DNA of 64,000 nt, from the NCBI GenBank assembly GCA_035560235.1, contig DATMAG010000049.1, forward strand, positions 24,300-88,299, written 5' to 3'. Both the position numbers and the translations under genes were made by a program. Below, piece after piece: positions 51,086 to 61,695 of this stretch (position 1 is its first letter; the number at the start of each line of letters is the position of its first letter). This DNA comes from Blastocatellia bacterium (GTDB lineage Bacteria; Acidobacteriota; Blastocatellia; RBC074). Below the pieces are notes generated by a model that did not search any database, was not told the origin of the DNA, and worked only from the letters and a program-made list of their open reading frames with translations.

Positions 51086-54000
51086 TTAGAACAACAGACG
51101 CAAAGCGAACTGCACTTCGCGTTCGCCTGCATTGTTGATGGTTGACGTGACCGCGCCGAAACTGCCCTGACTGAAATTGCCGTTCGGCTGATTGAATTTC
51201 GGCGTGTTGGTCAGATTGTAGAACTCCGTGCGAAACTCAACCCGGATGCCTTCACGAATCTGAAAGTTCTTGAAGAGCGAGAAGTCATAGTTGAAAAAGC
51301 CCGGCCCGCGCAAACTGTTGCGCCCCGCTGTGCCGTAACGCGGCGTCGCGCCTGCCGGAATCGGATTGGCAAAGGCCGTCACGTCGAACCACGTTGTCCC
51401 CGGCCCGACGTTGCCCGAAATCGCGGGATTGCGCAACTGATCAGGCCGCTGATTGTTGCCCGGCCCGCCATTCAGGGCTGCGTTGCTCATCGTTACGCCG
51501 AACGGGCGACCGCTGTAAGCAGCGAGGATGCCGTTGACCTGCCAGCCGCCCAGAATGTTTGCAGCCATTCCCTTGCTCAGCCACCGCCTGCCCGGCCCGA
51601 ACGGCAGTTCGAGCGTGTGATGAATCGTCAGCGTGTGCGTGCGGTCAAAATCGGACGGGCCATAGTTGAGATTCAGAAAGATCGGATTGAACAGCCCGCC
51701 GTTGTTGCTCGTGTAATCGGTCGAACGCGACCACGTATAAGATGTGCCAAACGAAATGCCGCGCGAGAGTCGCTTTTCAAGCTGCACCTGCAGCGAGTTG
51801 TAATACGACTCAACGCCGTAAGCGCGCAGCGTCGTCTGCGCCGTGCGTCCGAACTTCTGATTGAGCGGAATGCCCGCCGTGCCCGTGCCGGGCAGCGATG
51901 CGTCAAGCCGTTTGTTGAAGGGCTGATTGTCGCCTTTGTTGCCGACATAACTGACTTCGAGGCTCAGCCCCTGCATCAGTTCGCGCTGCACGGTCAGGTT
52001 GTAACTCATCACCTGCGGCAGATTGTTCTTGAACGGCACGGCAAACAGCGACAGGTTCGGCGCGGGGTTGATGATGCCGCTTGAGGGAATGGCAATCGGC
52101 GTGAAGGCGGGAATGCTGGTGAAGTTGCCTTCCGGTTTGAAATCGCCCGTGACGCCAATCTGCTGATCGGCAATCACCGGGAAGCTGGTTGACAGCGTGC
52201 CGCCCGTGAAGCCGAAGCGCGCCGTGAAATAACTGATGCCGAAGCCGCCGCGAATGACGGTCTTGTCCTTCCAGCGATACGACAGGCCGATGCGCGGCGC
52301 GAAGTTGTTCCAGTCGGTTTCGACTCCGGCTGACAACCCGACCTGGCCAACGCCCGCGACGAGCAGGTTGTTGGTTTCAGGGTCATAGTTGCCCTGCCCC
52401 GCCGGCAGCCGCGAAGTGATCGGCGTATAAATTTCATATCGCAACCCAAGGTTTACCGTCAGGCGCGGCGTGACCTGCCACGTGTCCTGCCCGAAGAAAA
52501 ACAGGTGCGTCGTGCGATTGGTCGGCGTCGTGCTGAAGATGGCGCGGCCAACGCGATCAGGCGCGCCAAGCAGGAACGAAGCAAACGAATTGGCGAGGCT
52601 CGTCTGCGACGAAACGCACGCGCCGCTCGCATTCGGCGTGCAAAGCGCCGTCACTGTCGGACGAAATTCAAAACGCCCGCGCGGGCCGAAACTGCTGATG
52701 CCCTGAATCTGCAGACGATCCATCCGCAGGCGGCGAATGTCAGCGCCCCACTTCAAGGTATGGCTGCCCGCCACCTTCGTCCAGTTGTTGATCCAGTTGA
52801 AAATATTGTCGGCATTGATTGTCGGCATATTGAACGACTGCCCGAAGGTCGAGAAGTTTTCAATATCAATCACCGCGAGGCCCTTGTGCGCCGGGTCGTT
52901 TTCATTCGAGCCGCTGATGCCGACCTGCTGCGACAAATCCTTGTCAAAGCCCGGTCCGCGCGCATCCAGGAAGTACCGCGTAAAGCCGAAGCGCGCTTCA
53001 GTCGTCAGCGTGGGACTGAAAGCGTGCGTGCCGTTGAGCGTCACGACCTGATTGCGGCCCTTGCCATTGGCCAGCGAATTGAAATCACCAATGGCCGTCG
53101 GCCCGCCGATGTCACCGAAGATCGCCGGGTCAGCCATCGTGGACTGAAAGTAGTTGTACTTGACGAAGAAGTTCGTCTTGTCGCTGAACTGGTGATCCAC
53201 GCGCACGTCGAACGCCTGCGTGTCGAGTTTGAAGGGAATCGCCGGAGGCAGATAGTTGTTGGTCGTGCCCGGCAGGTTCGGCAGCGGCAGCAGCTTGAGA
53301 ATGTTCTGCGCGACAGGGCTGATGCGCGGCGTCGGAATCTGATTACCCTGAAACGCCGTGCGTCCGCTGCCATTGGCGGCGCCGGTGTTCGGGTCATAGA
53401 TCGTTGTTGTGCCGGTGAAGTTGCCCTCGCGCCACGCCTGAATCGGCACGGTGGCAATCTGCGGCGTGCGTCCGATGCGCTGATTCTGGCCCTGATAATC
53501 GCCGAAGAAGAACGTCCGGTTTTTGATGATCGGCCCGCCGAACGTGCCGCCGTACTGATTCTTGATCGCATTCGGCACGGTCAGTTTGCCCTGCGCGTTG
53601 CGCACGATGTTGAAAAAGTTGCGCGCCTTGAAGGCGCTGTTGTTGTGAAATTCAAAGAGGCTGCCGTGAAACTGATTTGAGCCGGGCCGCGTCGTCACGT
53701 TGACGACCGCGCCGACTGCGCGCCCGAATTCAGCGTCATAATTTGAAGTCGAAACGCTGAACTGCTGAATCGCTTCGGCGGGCGGAATCTGCACGACGAG
53801 GCCGAGCAGCGGCTCATTGTTGTCCACGCCGTCAATCTGAAAGTTGTTGGCCGAATTGTTCTGCCCGTTGACCTGCAAAAACTGCGTGCCCTGCGGATTG
53901 TCAAAAATGCCGACCGAAGCATTTGACGGCACCACGCCGGGAATGAGTGTAATCAGCGACTGAAAGTTGCGCCCGTTGATCGGCAGTTCGGCAATGCGTT

Positions 54001-54424
54001 TCTGCTCGAACGACTGCGAGACATCGGCGCTTTCAGTCTGCAGCAGCGGCGCTTCAGAAGTGACTTCCGCCGTCTCCGTAATGTTGCCGACCGTGAGCGC
54101 GGCATTCACGCGCAGCGTCGAGCCGGTGCTGAGCTGAATGTTTTCCTGCAGGTGTTTTTTGAAGCCCTGCTTTTCGACTTCGATCTTGTAAGTGCCGGGC
54201 GGCAGGTAAGGCATGACATAACCGCCGTCAGCATTGGTTTCGACATTGCGCGAAATGCCGGTGCTGATTTCCGTAATCGTCACCTTCGCCCCGGCCACTG
54301 CCGCGCCGCTCGAATCGGTCACCGTGCCGACAATCGAGCCGGACACGGCCTGCGCCAGCGTCAGCGATGAACTAAAGACGAGCACCAGCAGGGCCGTCAG
54401 AATGAGCCGCAAACTGCTTTTCAT
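51086..54424 (-). CDS. TonB-dependent receptor-like outer-membrane protein with N-terminal carboxypeptidase-regulatory-like domain
   Basis: MKSSLRLILTALLVLVFSSSLTLAQAVSGSIVGTVTDSSGAAVAGAKVTITEISTGISRNVETNADGGYVMPYLPPGTYKIEVEKQGFK... The protein is 1112 aa and paralogous to the 41026 gene. Confidence 0.75.
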   Translation of the reverse strand: MKSSLRLILTALLVLVFSSSLTLAQAVSGSIVGTVTDSSGAAVAGAKVTITEISTGISRNVETNADGGYVMPYLPPGTYKIEVEKQGFKKHLQENIQLSTGSTLRVNAALTVGNITETAEVTSEAPLLQTESADVSQSFEQKRIAELPINGRNFQSLITLIPGVVPSNASVGIFDNPQGTQFLQVNGQNNSANNFQIDGVDNNEPLLGLVVQIPPAEAIQQFSVSTSNYDAEFGRAVGAVVNVTTRPGSNQFHGSLFEFHNNSAFKARNFFNIVRNAQGKLTVPNAIKNQYGGTFGGPIIKNRTFFFGDYQGQNQRIGRTPQIATVPIQAWREGNFTGTTTIYDPNTGAANGSGRTAFQGNQIPTPRISPVAQNILKLLPLPNLPGTTNNYLPPAIPFKLDTQAFDVRVDHQFSDKTNFFVKYNYFQSTMADPAIFGDIGGPTAIGDFNSLANGKGRNQVVTLNGTHAFSPTLTTEARFGFTRYFLDARGPGFDKDLSQQVGISGSNENDPAHKGLAVIDIENFSTFGQSFNMPTINADNIFNWINNWTKVAGSHTLKWGADIRRLRMDRLQIQGISSFGPRGRFEFRPTVTALCTPNASGACVSSQTSLANSFASFLLGAPDRVGRAIFSTTPTNRTTHLFFFGQDTWQVTPRLTVNLGLRYEIYTPITSRLPAGQGNYDPETNNLLVAGVGQVGLSAGVETDWNNFAPRIGLSYRWKDKTVIRGGFGISYFTARFGFTGGTLSTSFPVIADQQIGVTGDFKPEGNFTSIPAFTPIAIPSSGIINPAPNLSLFAVPFKNNLPQVMSYNLTVQRELMQGLSLEVSYVGNKGDNQPFNKRLDASLPGTGTAGIPLNQKFGRTAQTTLRAYGVESYYNSLQVQLEKRLSRGISFGTSYTWSRSTDYTSNNGGLFNPIFLNLNYGPSDFDRTHTLTIHHTLELPFGPGRRWLSKGMAANILGGWQVNGILAAYSGRPFGVTMSNAALNGGPGNNQRPDQLRNPAISGNVGPGTTWFDVTAFANPIPAGATPRYGTAGRNSLRGPGFFNYDFSLFKNFQIREGIRVEFRTEFYNLTNTPKFNQPNGNFSQGSFGAVTSTINNAGEREVQFALRLLF

Positions 54425-54479
54425 ACAAGTCTCCTTCCGTGTTTTGAGGGGTGTGATCTGTGTTATTGAGTGCAGTGTT

Positions 54480-54605
54480 CCGCTCCGTGAAAGGAACGCA
54501 GCGATGTCAGTCAGTTCATCCCGGCAAGGACAGGTCAGGAATGGAACGCAGATGAAGCAGAGACAACGGATCGAAACAGACCCGCGATGACCCGCGTTCC
54601 ATTCT
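54480..54605. repeat. family A palindromic element (aatggaacgcagatgaagcag ... gacccgcgttccatt) plus a partial upstream copy
   Basis: Its termini match the 6708-6962 units. A partial copy (ggaacgcagcgatg) lies at 54490-54503. Confidence 0.5.
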
Positions 54606-54613
54606 CTGCGCTG

Positions 54614-57292
54614 CTATTTTGGCTGCTTCTTCAGACTGATGATGTTGGCGAATAAACGATAGCCGCCCGGCACGCCCGCTGGCAGTTGCCGGTAAAAGGC
54701 ATAAGCCGCATAGGTGAATGTGCCTTTGCCATATGGCGCAAAGAGCAGGCCGCCGCGCTGCGGTTTCTGTTCGCGGTCATGGCATTCAAGCAATGGCTTG
54801 TAACGCTCGTCCCACGTCGTCATCCACTTCGAGCCGCGCTCTTCAACCCAGCCGTCAAAGTCAGCCGCCGTGATTTTGTTCGGCCAGTTGAAGATCGGAT
54901 TTGATGGTTCAAGAATCGTGACCTTTGCCTCCTCTTCAGAAACCTCTTCGGCGCGCGGCGTCAGTTTGTACGGGTACGGGCCGTAAGGCGCGGCGTCGAA
55001 TTCCTGCGTCTGGTACTGGTAAATCAGATTGCCGCCGCGTTCGGCGTAATCGAGCAGGCGACGGCTGTAAGCCTTCAGATCATCGCGCACGGCTGTCGCG
55101 CGAATGCCGACGATGATGGCGTCGTACTGATCCAGACTGCCGCTCGCCAGGGCGTTTTCATCAAGCATCGTGACTTTGACGCCGATCTGTTCGAGAGCTT
55201 TCGGCACTTCATCACCGACGCCCATGACGTAACCGACCGTCAGATTCGGCGCGACTTTGACATCAATGCCGCGAATGCTCATCGTCGCCGGGCGATACAA
55301 ATGGCGCGGCTCGTTATCGCGGTGCGCGATCACCTGATAACCTTCGGTGTATTCGCGCCCGGCGTATTCGGCAACGGCCTGCACCTTGTATTCTTCATTC
55401 GCCACAACGCGCGGAATCGCCACCCTGAAAGTGAAGTTGCTGACTTCGCCTTCGTGTGTGAAGTTGAAGGTGTGTTCGGCAGGCGTCGCCTTCCAGCCCT
55501 GCGGCAGCCGCAGTTTCACTTTGCCTGTGGCATTGCCTTTGACGTTGCTGGCGACGCTGACGCTGGCGGTGTAAGACGATGCAGAACCGACAGGAATCGC
55601 ACCGACACGCGGCGAAAGCTGAACGCTGATGGCCGGAGCCACGGTCAGCAGCCGTCGCTGTTCGCCCCAGGGCCGATCAATAAAAACAGTCTGCGCCGGT
55701 TGCGTCAGCGTGAAACTGACGCCGTCAACTTTGTAACTGAACGCGCCAGTCACGTCAGGCGGAGCGAAGGGCAAACTGAGATATTCCGGTTTGTTGATCT
55801 GATAGATGTGGTCGCGCAGTTCGTTTTCGCGTGACCAGTAAGGCCGCGTGTATTCGGCATCCGACGGCACGGTCAGTTCAAACTGGCGGCGGGCGCGTTC
55901 GTTGTATCCGAGCGGTTTGACTTCATCGCGCTTTGTGCCGACGCTCCAGCCTTTCGGCGTGCGCAGCGCGAGGTCAGCGGGTTCGACTCTGACCTGGCTG
56001 CGATTGACGACAGTTGCCGTCAGCGTGAACTGCTGACCTGGAATGGCGACATTGAATGTTTCGCGGGGCTGAAAGAACTGCTGACTACCTTCGGCTGCGC
56101 CGCCCGAAGGATCAACGAGAACTTCCATCACGAGGCCCAGAGCCTTGTTCATCGCATCGTTGAATTCGCGCTCCTTGTTGCCGAGCAGGAACAGCAGATG
56201 GTCTTTGTTCGCGGCTTCAATCTGCGAGCCGCGCACTTTTTCAATCAGCGAACGCGTGGTCTTCAGTCCGGCGGCGAGTTCGGGCGCGACCGTCCAGGGC
56301 CTGAGCGCGTCGAATTTTTTCAGCGCCGCTTCGACGCTGCTGCTGATGGCACTGAGTTCAGCCGTGATGTCGGTTGAACCGGAAAGTTTTGCAAGTCCGA
56401 TGATCGTTGTGTCAATGCCGTCAAAGATGCTCTTTTCGCTCTCGGCTTTCGGCAGCGTGCTTTCGACAAGCTGCCACGATGACCTGGCTGAACCGGGCGG
56501 CACGCGCAGACCGCCTGCGCCCTGCGAGCGTTGATGGCTCAGTCCGTCACGCGCGATTTCACGATACGATTTGCCGGTGAGCGGATCGTATTCACCCACA
56601 TCAACTCTGACAGTTGCGGGTTCATTGTCGCGCACGCTGAGGTAATGCTTTTTGACCTGCCACGGGCGCAGCCCTTCCCTGATCTGTTCGGGAAACATCT
56701 GCGGATCGGCGGCGGCCTTGAAGACTTCGTAACTCATCAGCCCGGCGGTCTGATGATTGCCGTGACCGTCACGCGGCTTGCCGTGAAAGCGGGCGATGAT
56801 GATGTCAGGCCGGTACATTCGCACGGCGCGCACGACATCGCGCAGCACCACGTCTTTGCCCCAGTGTTCGAGCGTTTCATCCATCCGCTTGGAAAAACCG
56901 AAATCGGTTACGCGGGTGAACATCTGATCCACGCCGTAATAACGCCCGGCGGCAAGCAGTTCTTCAGTCCGCACCAGACCGAGCGCGTCATAAAGTTCAG
57001 GCCCGACCAGATTGGCTCCGCCTTCGCCACGATTGAGCGTGAGCAGGCCGGTGCGCACGCCTTCGCGGCGCGTGAGCCACGTGAGCATCGCGCCGTCTTC
57101 ATCATCCGGGTGCGCCGTCGTGTGCAGCACCGTCACCGTCGAACGCAGCCGCAGCAGCGCCCGCCACGCGGCAGCCGCGCCCTTGTTTTCGGCTACGTCC
57201 TGCACCTGAGCGCGAATCGTCACCGAATTATTCACCACGCCCGCCAGCAGCAGACACCCGGCGAGCGACAGGGCTGTGAGCTTCCTTGTCAT
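54614..57292 (-). CDS. large secreted PIG-L-family deacetylase with C-terminal glutamine-amidotransferase-class-1-like (ThuA-like) domain
   Basis: The signal peptide is followed by ...VLHTTAHPDDEDGAM...TLNRGEGGAN... (PIG-L). A central beta-rich region follows. The C-terminus reads ...DAIIVGIRATAVRDDLKAYSRRLLDYAERGGNLIYQYQ... The protein is 892 aa. Confidence 0.55.
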   Translation of the reverse strand: MTRKLTALSLAGCLLLAGVVNNSVTIRAQVQDVAENKGAAAAWRALLRLRSTVTVLHTTAHPDDEDGAMLTWLTRREGVRTGLLTLNRGEGGANLVGPELYDALGLVRTEELLAAGRYYGVDQMFTRVTDFGFSKRMDETLEHWGKDVVLRDVVRAVRMYRPDIIIARFHGKPRDGHGNHQTAGLMSYEVFKAAADPQMFPEQIREGLRPWQVKKHYLSVRDNEPATVRVDVGEYDPLTGKSYREIARDGLSHQRSQGAGGLRVPPGSARSSWQLVESTLPKAESEKSIFDGIDTTIIGLAKLSGSTDITAELSAISSSVEAALKKFDALRPWTVAPELAAGLKTTRSLIEKVRGSQIEAANKDHLLFLLGNKEREFNDAMNKALGLVMEVLVDPSGGAAEGSQQFFQPRETFNVAIPGQQFTLTATVVNRSQVRVEPADLALRTPKGWSVGTKRDEVKPLGYNERARRQFELTVPSDAEYTRPYWSRENELRDHIYQINKPEYLSLPFAPPDVTGAFSYKVDGVSFTLTQPAQTVFIDRPWGEQRRLLTVAPAISVQLSPRVGAIPVGSASSYTASVSVASNVKGNATGKVKLRLPQGWKATPAEHTFNFTHEGEVSNFTFRVAIPRVVANEEYKVQAVAEYAGREYTEGYQVIAHRDNEPRHLYRPATMSIRGIDVKVAPNLTVGYVMGVGDEVPKALEQIGVKVTMLDENALASGSLDQYDAIIVGIRATAVRDDLKAYSRRLLDYAERGGNLIYQYQTQEFDAAPYGPYPYKLTPRAEEVSEEEAKVTILEPSNPIFNWPNKITAADFDGWVEERGSKWMTTWDERYKPLLECHDREQKPQRGGLLFAPYGKGTFTYAAYAFYRQLPAGVPGGYRLFANIISLKKQPK

Positions 57293-57385
57293 CGTCTCCT
57301 CCAGTTGATGATGTTTCTGAAAAAAATTGCCGCGTTAAATCAAAGCAGCCGGAATCGGGACACCGCCTGCACTCTCATTTCTGGC

Positions 57386-57470
57386 GAGACGGTGTTCGGA
57401 GTTCCAGCTTCAGCTGGCTGGTCTGAGTTCACAATTCAGCCAGCTGAAGCTGGAACTCCGAACACCGTCC
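57386..57470. repeat. family B palindromic element (gacggtgttcggagttccagcttcagctgg ... ccagctgaagctggaactccgaacaccgtc)
   Basis: Third copy of the family. It lies in the roughly 480-bp leader between the PIG-L gene and the Nramp gene. Confidence 0.6.
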
Positions 57471-57769
57471 TGCAGCGTGACCTGATTCACTCAATGTCTC
57501 GATCCTGTGTGCCCTGATTTAATGAAAAGAATACCCGAACACTGCTGTGATAATGATGCCGCTACTTTAGGGCGCTCGCGGAGAGTCGTCAATGCCTGTG
57601 CCGGGGCGCGTCATTTTCCGTTGTTGAATCAGAGGCCGTGCGAGTTTGAGGACGATGATTTATGATGCCCGGGCTTTGAGTTCCATCTGACGCGGTTTCA
57701 AATCAATGATTCAATGCAGCAGCAAACGAACACGGCCATCAGGCCGCTGTTCATTTTCCAACACATCCG

Positions 57770-59128
57770 GTGAAGACACACGACCCATACCAGCTCAGTC
57801 CCGAAGACATTTCTGAGCCGCCGCCATCGTTCTTTGGCGCGTTGCGGCGCATCGGCCCCGGCGTCGTGCTGGCTGCGGCCATCGTCGGTTCAGGAGAACT
57901 GATTGCCACGACGACCCTCGGCGCGCAGGTTGGTTATGCCGCGCTCTGGATCATTCTGCTCAGTTGCATCGTCAAGCCGGTCATTCAGTCAGAACTTGGT
58001 CGGTACACGATTGCGAGCGGCGAAACGGGGCTGGCCGGACTCAACGGGGTGCCGGGGCCGCGCTGGCGCGTCAACTGGATCGTCTGGGGCTGGGCGCTGA
58101 TGACGCTGATGACGCTGACGCAGATTGGCGCAATGTACAGCGGCGTGGCGCAGACGATGAACCTGATCGTGCCTTCGGTGCCGGTCAAAGCGTGGGCGCT
58201 GATCTTTGTCGCGCTGACGCTCGCACTGCTGCTGGGCGGCGGTTATGAACGCATCGAACGGCTGGCAGTGGTCAAGGTCGGGCTGTTCACGATGCTGACG
58301 GTGATGGCCGCGCTGCTGCTGGCGCGCAGGCCGCAATACTTTTCGCTCAGAGAAGTCTGGCACGGACTCAGTTTCAATTTGCCCGGCGAAGGCATTTCGA
58401 CGGCGCTCGCGGTCTTTGGCATTACGGGCGTCGGCGCGGCGGAGTTGTTTATGTATCCGTACTGGTGCGTCGAAAAAGGCTATGCGCGATTCACCGGCAA
58501 GCGCGAAGCGACCGATGAATGGCGGAGCCGCGCGCGCGGCTGGGTGCGGGTGATGCAGGTGGACATTGGCGCTTCGATGGTGATTTACACGGTTGCGACG
58601 GTGGCGTTTTACCTCCTCGGCGCGGGCGTGCTGCACGGCATGGGACTTGTACCGGAAGGCACGGCGATGATTCGCACGCTCTCGAATATTTACACGCAGA
58701 CCTTTGGCGAATGGGCCGTGTGGCTCTTTTATGCGGGCGCGATTGTGACGCTGTACGGGACAATCTTTGCGGCGACGGCAGCGAATGCGCGGGTCTTTGC
58801 CGATCTGTTCAGGCTGATGGGAATTTTTGCAGCGCACGATTACGCGCGCCGCTCGTGGTTTCGCAATCTCTTTATCATCATTCTCAACGTCACACCGATG
58901 CTGCTGGTCTTTCGCAACATTTCGCCGGTTAGCCTGGTCAGAGCGGGCGGCATTGCTCAGGCAATCATGCTGCCGGTGCTTGGCTTCGGCGCCATTTACC
59001 TGCGCCATCGCCGCCTGCCGCAGGAGATTGCGCCATCACGCCGGACGACGATTTCACTCTGGATCGCTTCGCTGATTATGCTTGGGCTGATGAGTTATTA
59101 TGCGCTGCTGCTGTTGCGGCAGATGTAA
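57770..59128 (+). CDS. Nramp-related divalent metal cation transporter (variant lacking the canonical DPGN motif)
   Basis: About 11 TM helices. The N-terminus reads ...GPGVVLAAAIVGSGELIATTTLGAQVGYAALWIILL... The segment ...FGITGVGAAELFMYPYWCVEKGYA... aligns with the Nramp TM6 MPH region (here YPYW). Confidence 0.55.
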   Translation: MKTHDPYQLSPEDISEPPPSFFGALRRIGPGVVLAAAIVGSGELIATTTLGAQVGYAALWIILLSCIVKPVIQSELGRYTIASGETGLAGLNGVPGPRWRVNWIVWGWALMTLMTLTQIGAMYSGVAQTMNLIVPSVPVKAWALIFVALTLALLLGGGYERIERLAVVKVGLFTMLTVMAALLLARRPQYFSLREVWHGLSFNLPGEGISTALAVFGITGVGAAELFMYPYWCVEKGYARFTGKREATDEWRSRARGWVRVMQVDIGASMVIYTVATVAFYLLGAGVLHGMGLVPEGTAMIRTLSNIYTQTFGEWAVWLFYAGAIVTLYGTIFAATAANARVFADLFRLMGIFAAHDYARRSWFRNLFIIILNVTPMLLVFRNISPVSLVRAGGIAQAIMLPVLGFGAIYLRHRRLPQEIAPSRRTTISLWIASLIMLGLMSYYALLLLRQM

Positions 59129-59233
59129 GCTGCAATACTTCACGGTGCTGAGATCCAACTATCAATTACATTCAGGAGTAATCATCACGAGATGAGCAAC
59201 GAACGAAGACGACCACTTGACGAAGAGTTCAAA

Positions 59234-60007
59234 ATGCCTTCGATGCGGCTCGATGGCCGCGCCGCCATTGTCACGGGCGGCAGTCGCGGGCTGGGACTGG
59301 CGATGGCTCTGACGCTGGCTGAAGCGGGCGCGGACGTGGCCATCATTGCGCGCACCGAAAGCGAACTGGCCAGGGCCGCCGAACTGATCAGGCAGCGCGG
59401 CGTCAGGGCGCTGCCGCTCGCCTGCGACATCAGCGACACGGCCCGGCTCTGCGAACTGATCAATCACGCGGCTGACGAGTTCGGCAGGCTCGATATTCTC
59501 GTCAACGCCGCAGCGATCAACATTCGCCAGCCGTTCGAGAATTTCACTGAAGCCGACTGGGACCGGCTGATTTCGATCAACCTCAAGGCATCTTTCTTCG
59601 CGGCGCAGGAAGCGGTGAAACATATGCGTCGTCAGGGCAGGGGCAAGATCATCAACGTCTCTTCGATTGCGGCCAACATCGTCGTGCCGAACGTGTCAGC
59701 TTATGCCATCAGCAAGGGCGGCCTCAGGCAGATGACCGCGGCGCTCGCGGTCGAACTGGCCAGAGACAACATCTGCGTCAACGCCATCGGGCCGGGCCGC
59801 TTCTGGACGCAGATGACCGACAGCATTTTTTCTGACCCGCAGCTTTACGAAAGCGCCGTCCACGTCATTCCGATGGGCCGCCCCGGACTGCCCTCGGAAA
59901 TGGCCGGAGCCACGCTGCTGCTCGCGTCAGACGCAGGCGATTACATCACCGGGCAAACGATCTATATTGATGGCGGCTGGCTGGTCAGCGTGCCCGTGAA
60001 GGCCTGA
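59234..60007 (+). CDS. short-chain dehydrogenase/reductase (SDR) family oxidoreductase
   Basis: The motifs are AAIVTGGSRGLGLAMA (TGxxxGxG), NAAA, and the catalytic YAISK (YxxxK). The ATG at 59234 lies within the longer 59192 ORF. Confidence 0.85.
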   Translation: MPSMRLDGRAAIVTGGSRGLGLAMALTLAEAGADVAIIARTESELARAAELIRQRGVRALPLACDISDTARLCELINHAADEFGRLDILVNAAAINIRQPFENFTEADWDRLISINLKASFFAAQEAVKHMRRQGRGKIINVSSIAANIVVPNVSAYAISKGGLRQMTAALAVELARDNICVNAIGPGRFWTQMTDSIFSDPQLYESAVHVIPMGRPGLPSEMAGATLLLASDAGDYITGQTIYIDGGWLVSVPVKA

Positions 60008-60025
60008 AGAGTGGCAAATCCTTTT

Positions 60026-60173
60026 CACCACGAAGGGCGCGAAGATGACGAAGAAAAACAGGGAGAAGAAGAAATAATGGGGGAGAGGCAGTCCGGATTT
60101 TCCCTGTTCTCCTGGTTTCCTGTCTCCTCTTCCTTACTTCGTGATCTTCGCGCCCTTCGTGGTGCAACTCTTT
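60026..60173. terminator. family D nested hairpin (caccacgaagggcgcgaagatgacgaag ... cttcgtgatcttcgcgcccttcgtggtg) between the convergent SDR and amidase genes
   Basis: The outer inverted repeat has 28-bp arms. Inner repeats (cagggagaa/ttctcctgg, ggagaggcag/ctgtctcctc) lie in the loop. Confidence 0.5.
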
Positions 60174-60183
60174 ATCGGCAACC

Positions 60184-61695
60184 TCAAATCTGCGGTCTGC
60201 GACCGGCCCAGGGCTGTGCTTTTTCAAGCTGTGCGGCGAGGCGGAAGAGGGTGGCTTCATCACCGAAGCGGGATGAAAACATCACGCCGACCGGCAGGCC
60301 GTCGGGCGTCCAGTGCAATGGCACCGACATTGACGGCTGGCCGGTCATATTCTGAAGCGCAGTGTACGGACTGAACTCCGTCACCTCTTTTCCGTAAGAT
60401 TCAAGGCTTTCCGGCGAGAGGCTCAGCACGCCGAGCGGCACGGGAGGTTTGGCGAGCGTCGGGCTGAGGATCACATCGTACTTCTGCATAAACCTGGCGA
60501 CGGTCAGGCCGACCTGATGAATGGTAGCGATGGCTCTCGAATAAGCGATGCTGCTCACGGCACGGCCCTGCTGCAGCGTGGCCCACGTTACCGGCTCGAC
60601 ATCATTTTCGGTCACGGGACGGCCCAGCGTCTGCGCGGCATCATCGAGGACGCGGGCAATCGAAACCTGAAGGATGGTCAGAAACGCTGTGCGCGCCAGA
60701 GTGTTATCAACCGGCACCGCTGTCTCTTCGACCTTGTGGCCCAGACTCTCGCACAGCTTTGCGGCTTCGAGCGCGGCCTTTCGGCACTCGGGATTGAGCG
60801 GAGTGCCGCCGGGCGTGGCGATGGCAAGCGCGATGCGCAGGCTGCCCGGATCAGCGCCGACCTCCTTCAGAAAGGGGCGCGCGGGCGGTGGCGAAAAGAA
60901 TGGCGAGCCGGGTTCGGCTCCAAGAGTAGCGTCGAGCAGCGCGGCGCTGTCGCGTACTGAAATCGTGACGGCGTGATGATGTGAACAGCCGTTCCAGCCT
61001 TCGAACTGCGACGGCCCCATCGGCACGCGGCCCCGCGTCGGTTTGAAACCGAAGAGTCCGCAGCACGAAGCCGGAATGCGAATCGAACCTCCGCCATCGC
61101 TCGCGTGTCCCATCGGCAGCACGCGACAGGCCACCAGCGCGGCTGACCCGCCGGATGAACCACCGGCGGTTCTTTCCGGATTCCACGGATTGTGCGTCCT
61201 GCCGTACAGCACCGATTCGGTGGTCGGCGTCAGGCCGAGTTCGGGCGAAGCTGATTTGCCGAAGATCACCAGCCCGGCCTGTTTGTAGCGGGCCACGAGC
61301 GTGCTGTCACTGGCGGCCACGCTGTTCTGCCAGACGCGGCTGCCGGCTGAAGTGACGGTTCCGGCCAGGTACTGACCGAGATCCTTCAGGACAAACGGCA
61401 CTCCGCGAAACGGCCCCGCGCCGAGACCGTCTTTGAGCTGCGCTTCGGCCCTGTCGAAGAACTGATGCGAGAGCGCATTGATTTTCGGATTGACGGCAGC
61501 GACCCGCTCTCTGACAGCAGCGAGCAGTTCTGCCGGTGTGATCTGTTTTTTCCGGATCAGTTCAGCCAGCCCGAGTCCGTCATATTTGTCGTATTCGGCG
61601 GCCAGTCCCGAAAGCGCAACGGGCGCGGTACCGGATGTCACCAGAGCGCCGGCCCCGGCCAGCGTGCTGCGTTTGATCATGTCGCGGCGGCTCAT
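60184..61695 (-). CDS. amidase-signature family amidase, Tat-exported
   Basis: The Tat motif is [22 protein letters not shown]. The AS signature reads ...[12 protein letters not shown]..., with the Ser-cisSer-Lys triad context. Confidence 0.85.
   Translation of the reverse strand: MSRRDMIKRSTLAGAGALVTSGTAPVALSGLAAEYDKYDGLGLAELIRKKQITPAELLAAVRERVAAVNPKINALSHQFFDRAEAQLKDGLGAGPFRGVPFVLKDLGQYLAGTVTSAGSRVWQNSVAASDSTLVARYKQAGLVIFGKSASPELGLTPTTESVLYGRTHNPWNPERTAGGSSGGSAALVACRVLPMGHASDGGGSIRIPASCCGLFGFKPTRGRVPMGPSQFEGWNGCSHHHAVTISVRDSAALLDATLGAEPGSPFFSPPPARPFLKEVGADPGSLRIALAIATPGGTPLNPECRKAALEAAKLCESLGHKVEETAVPVDNTLARTAFLTILQVSIARVLDDAAQTLGRPVTENDVEPVTWATLQQGRAVSSIAYSRAIATIHQVGLTVARFMQKYDVILSPTLAKPPVPLGVLSLSPESLESYGKEVTEFSPYTALQNMTGQPSMSVPLHWTPDGLPVGVMFSSRFGDEATLFRLAAQLEKAQPWAGRRPQI

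Noticed and set aside
57480-57769. Possible yybP-ykoY Mn riboswitch in the Nramp leader
   Set aside because: I could not match the conserved riboswitch helices or motifs by eye. In addition, that riboswitch class usually controls Mn exporters rather than Nramp importers.
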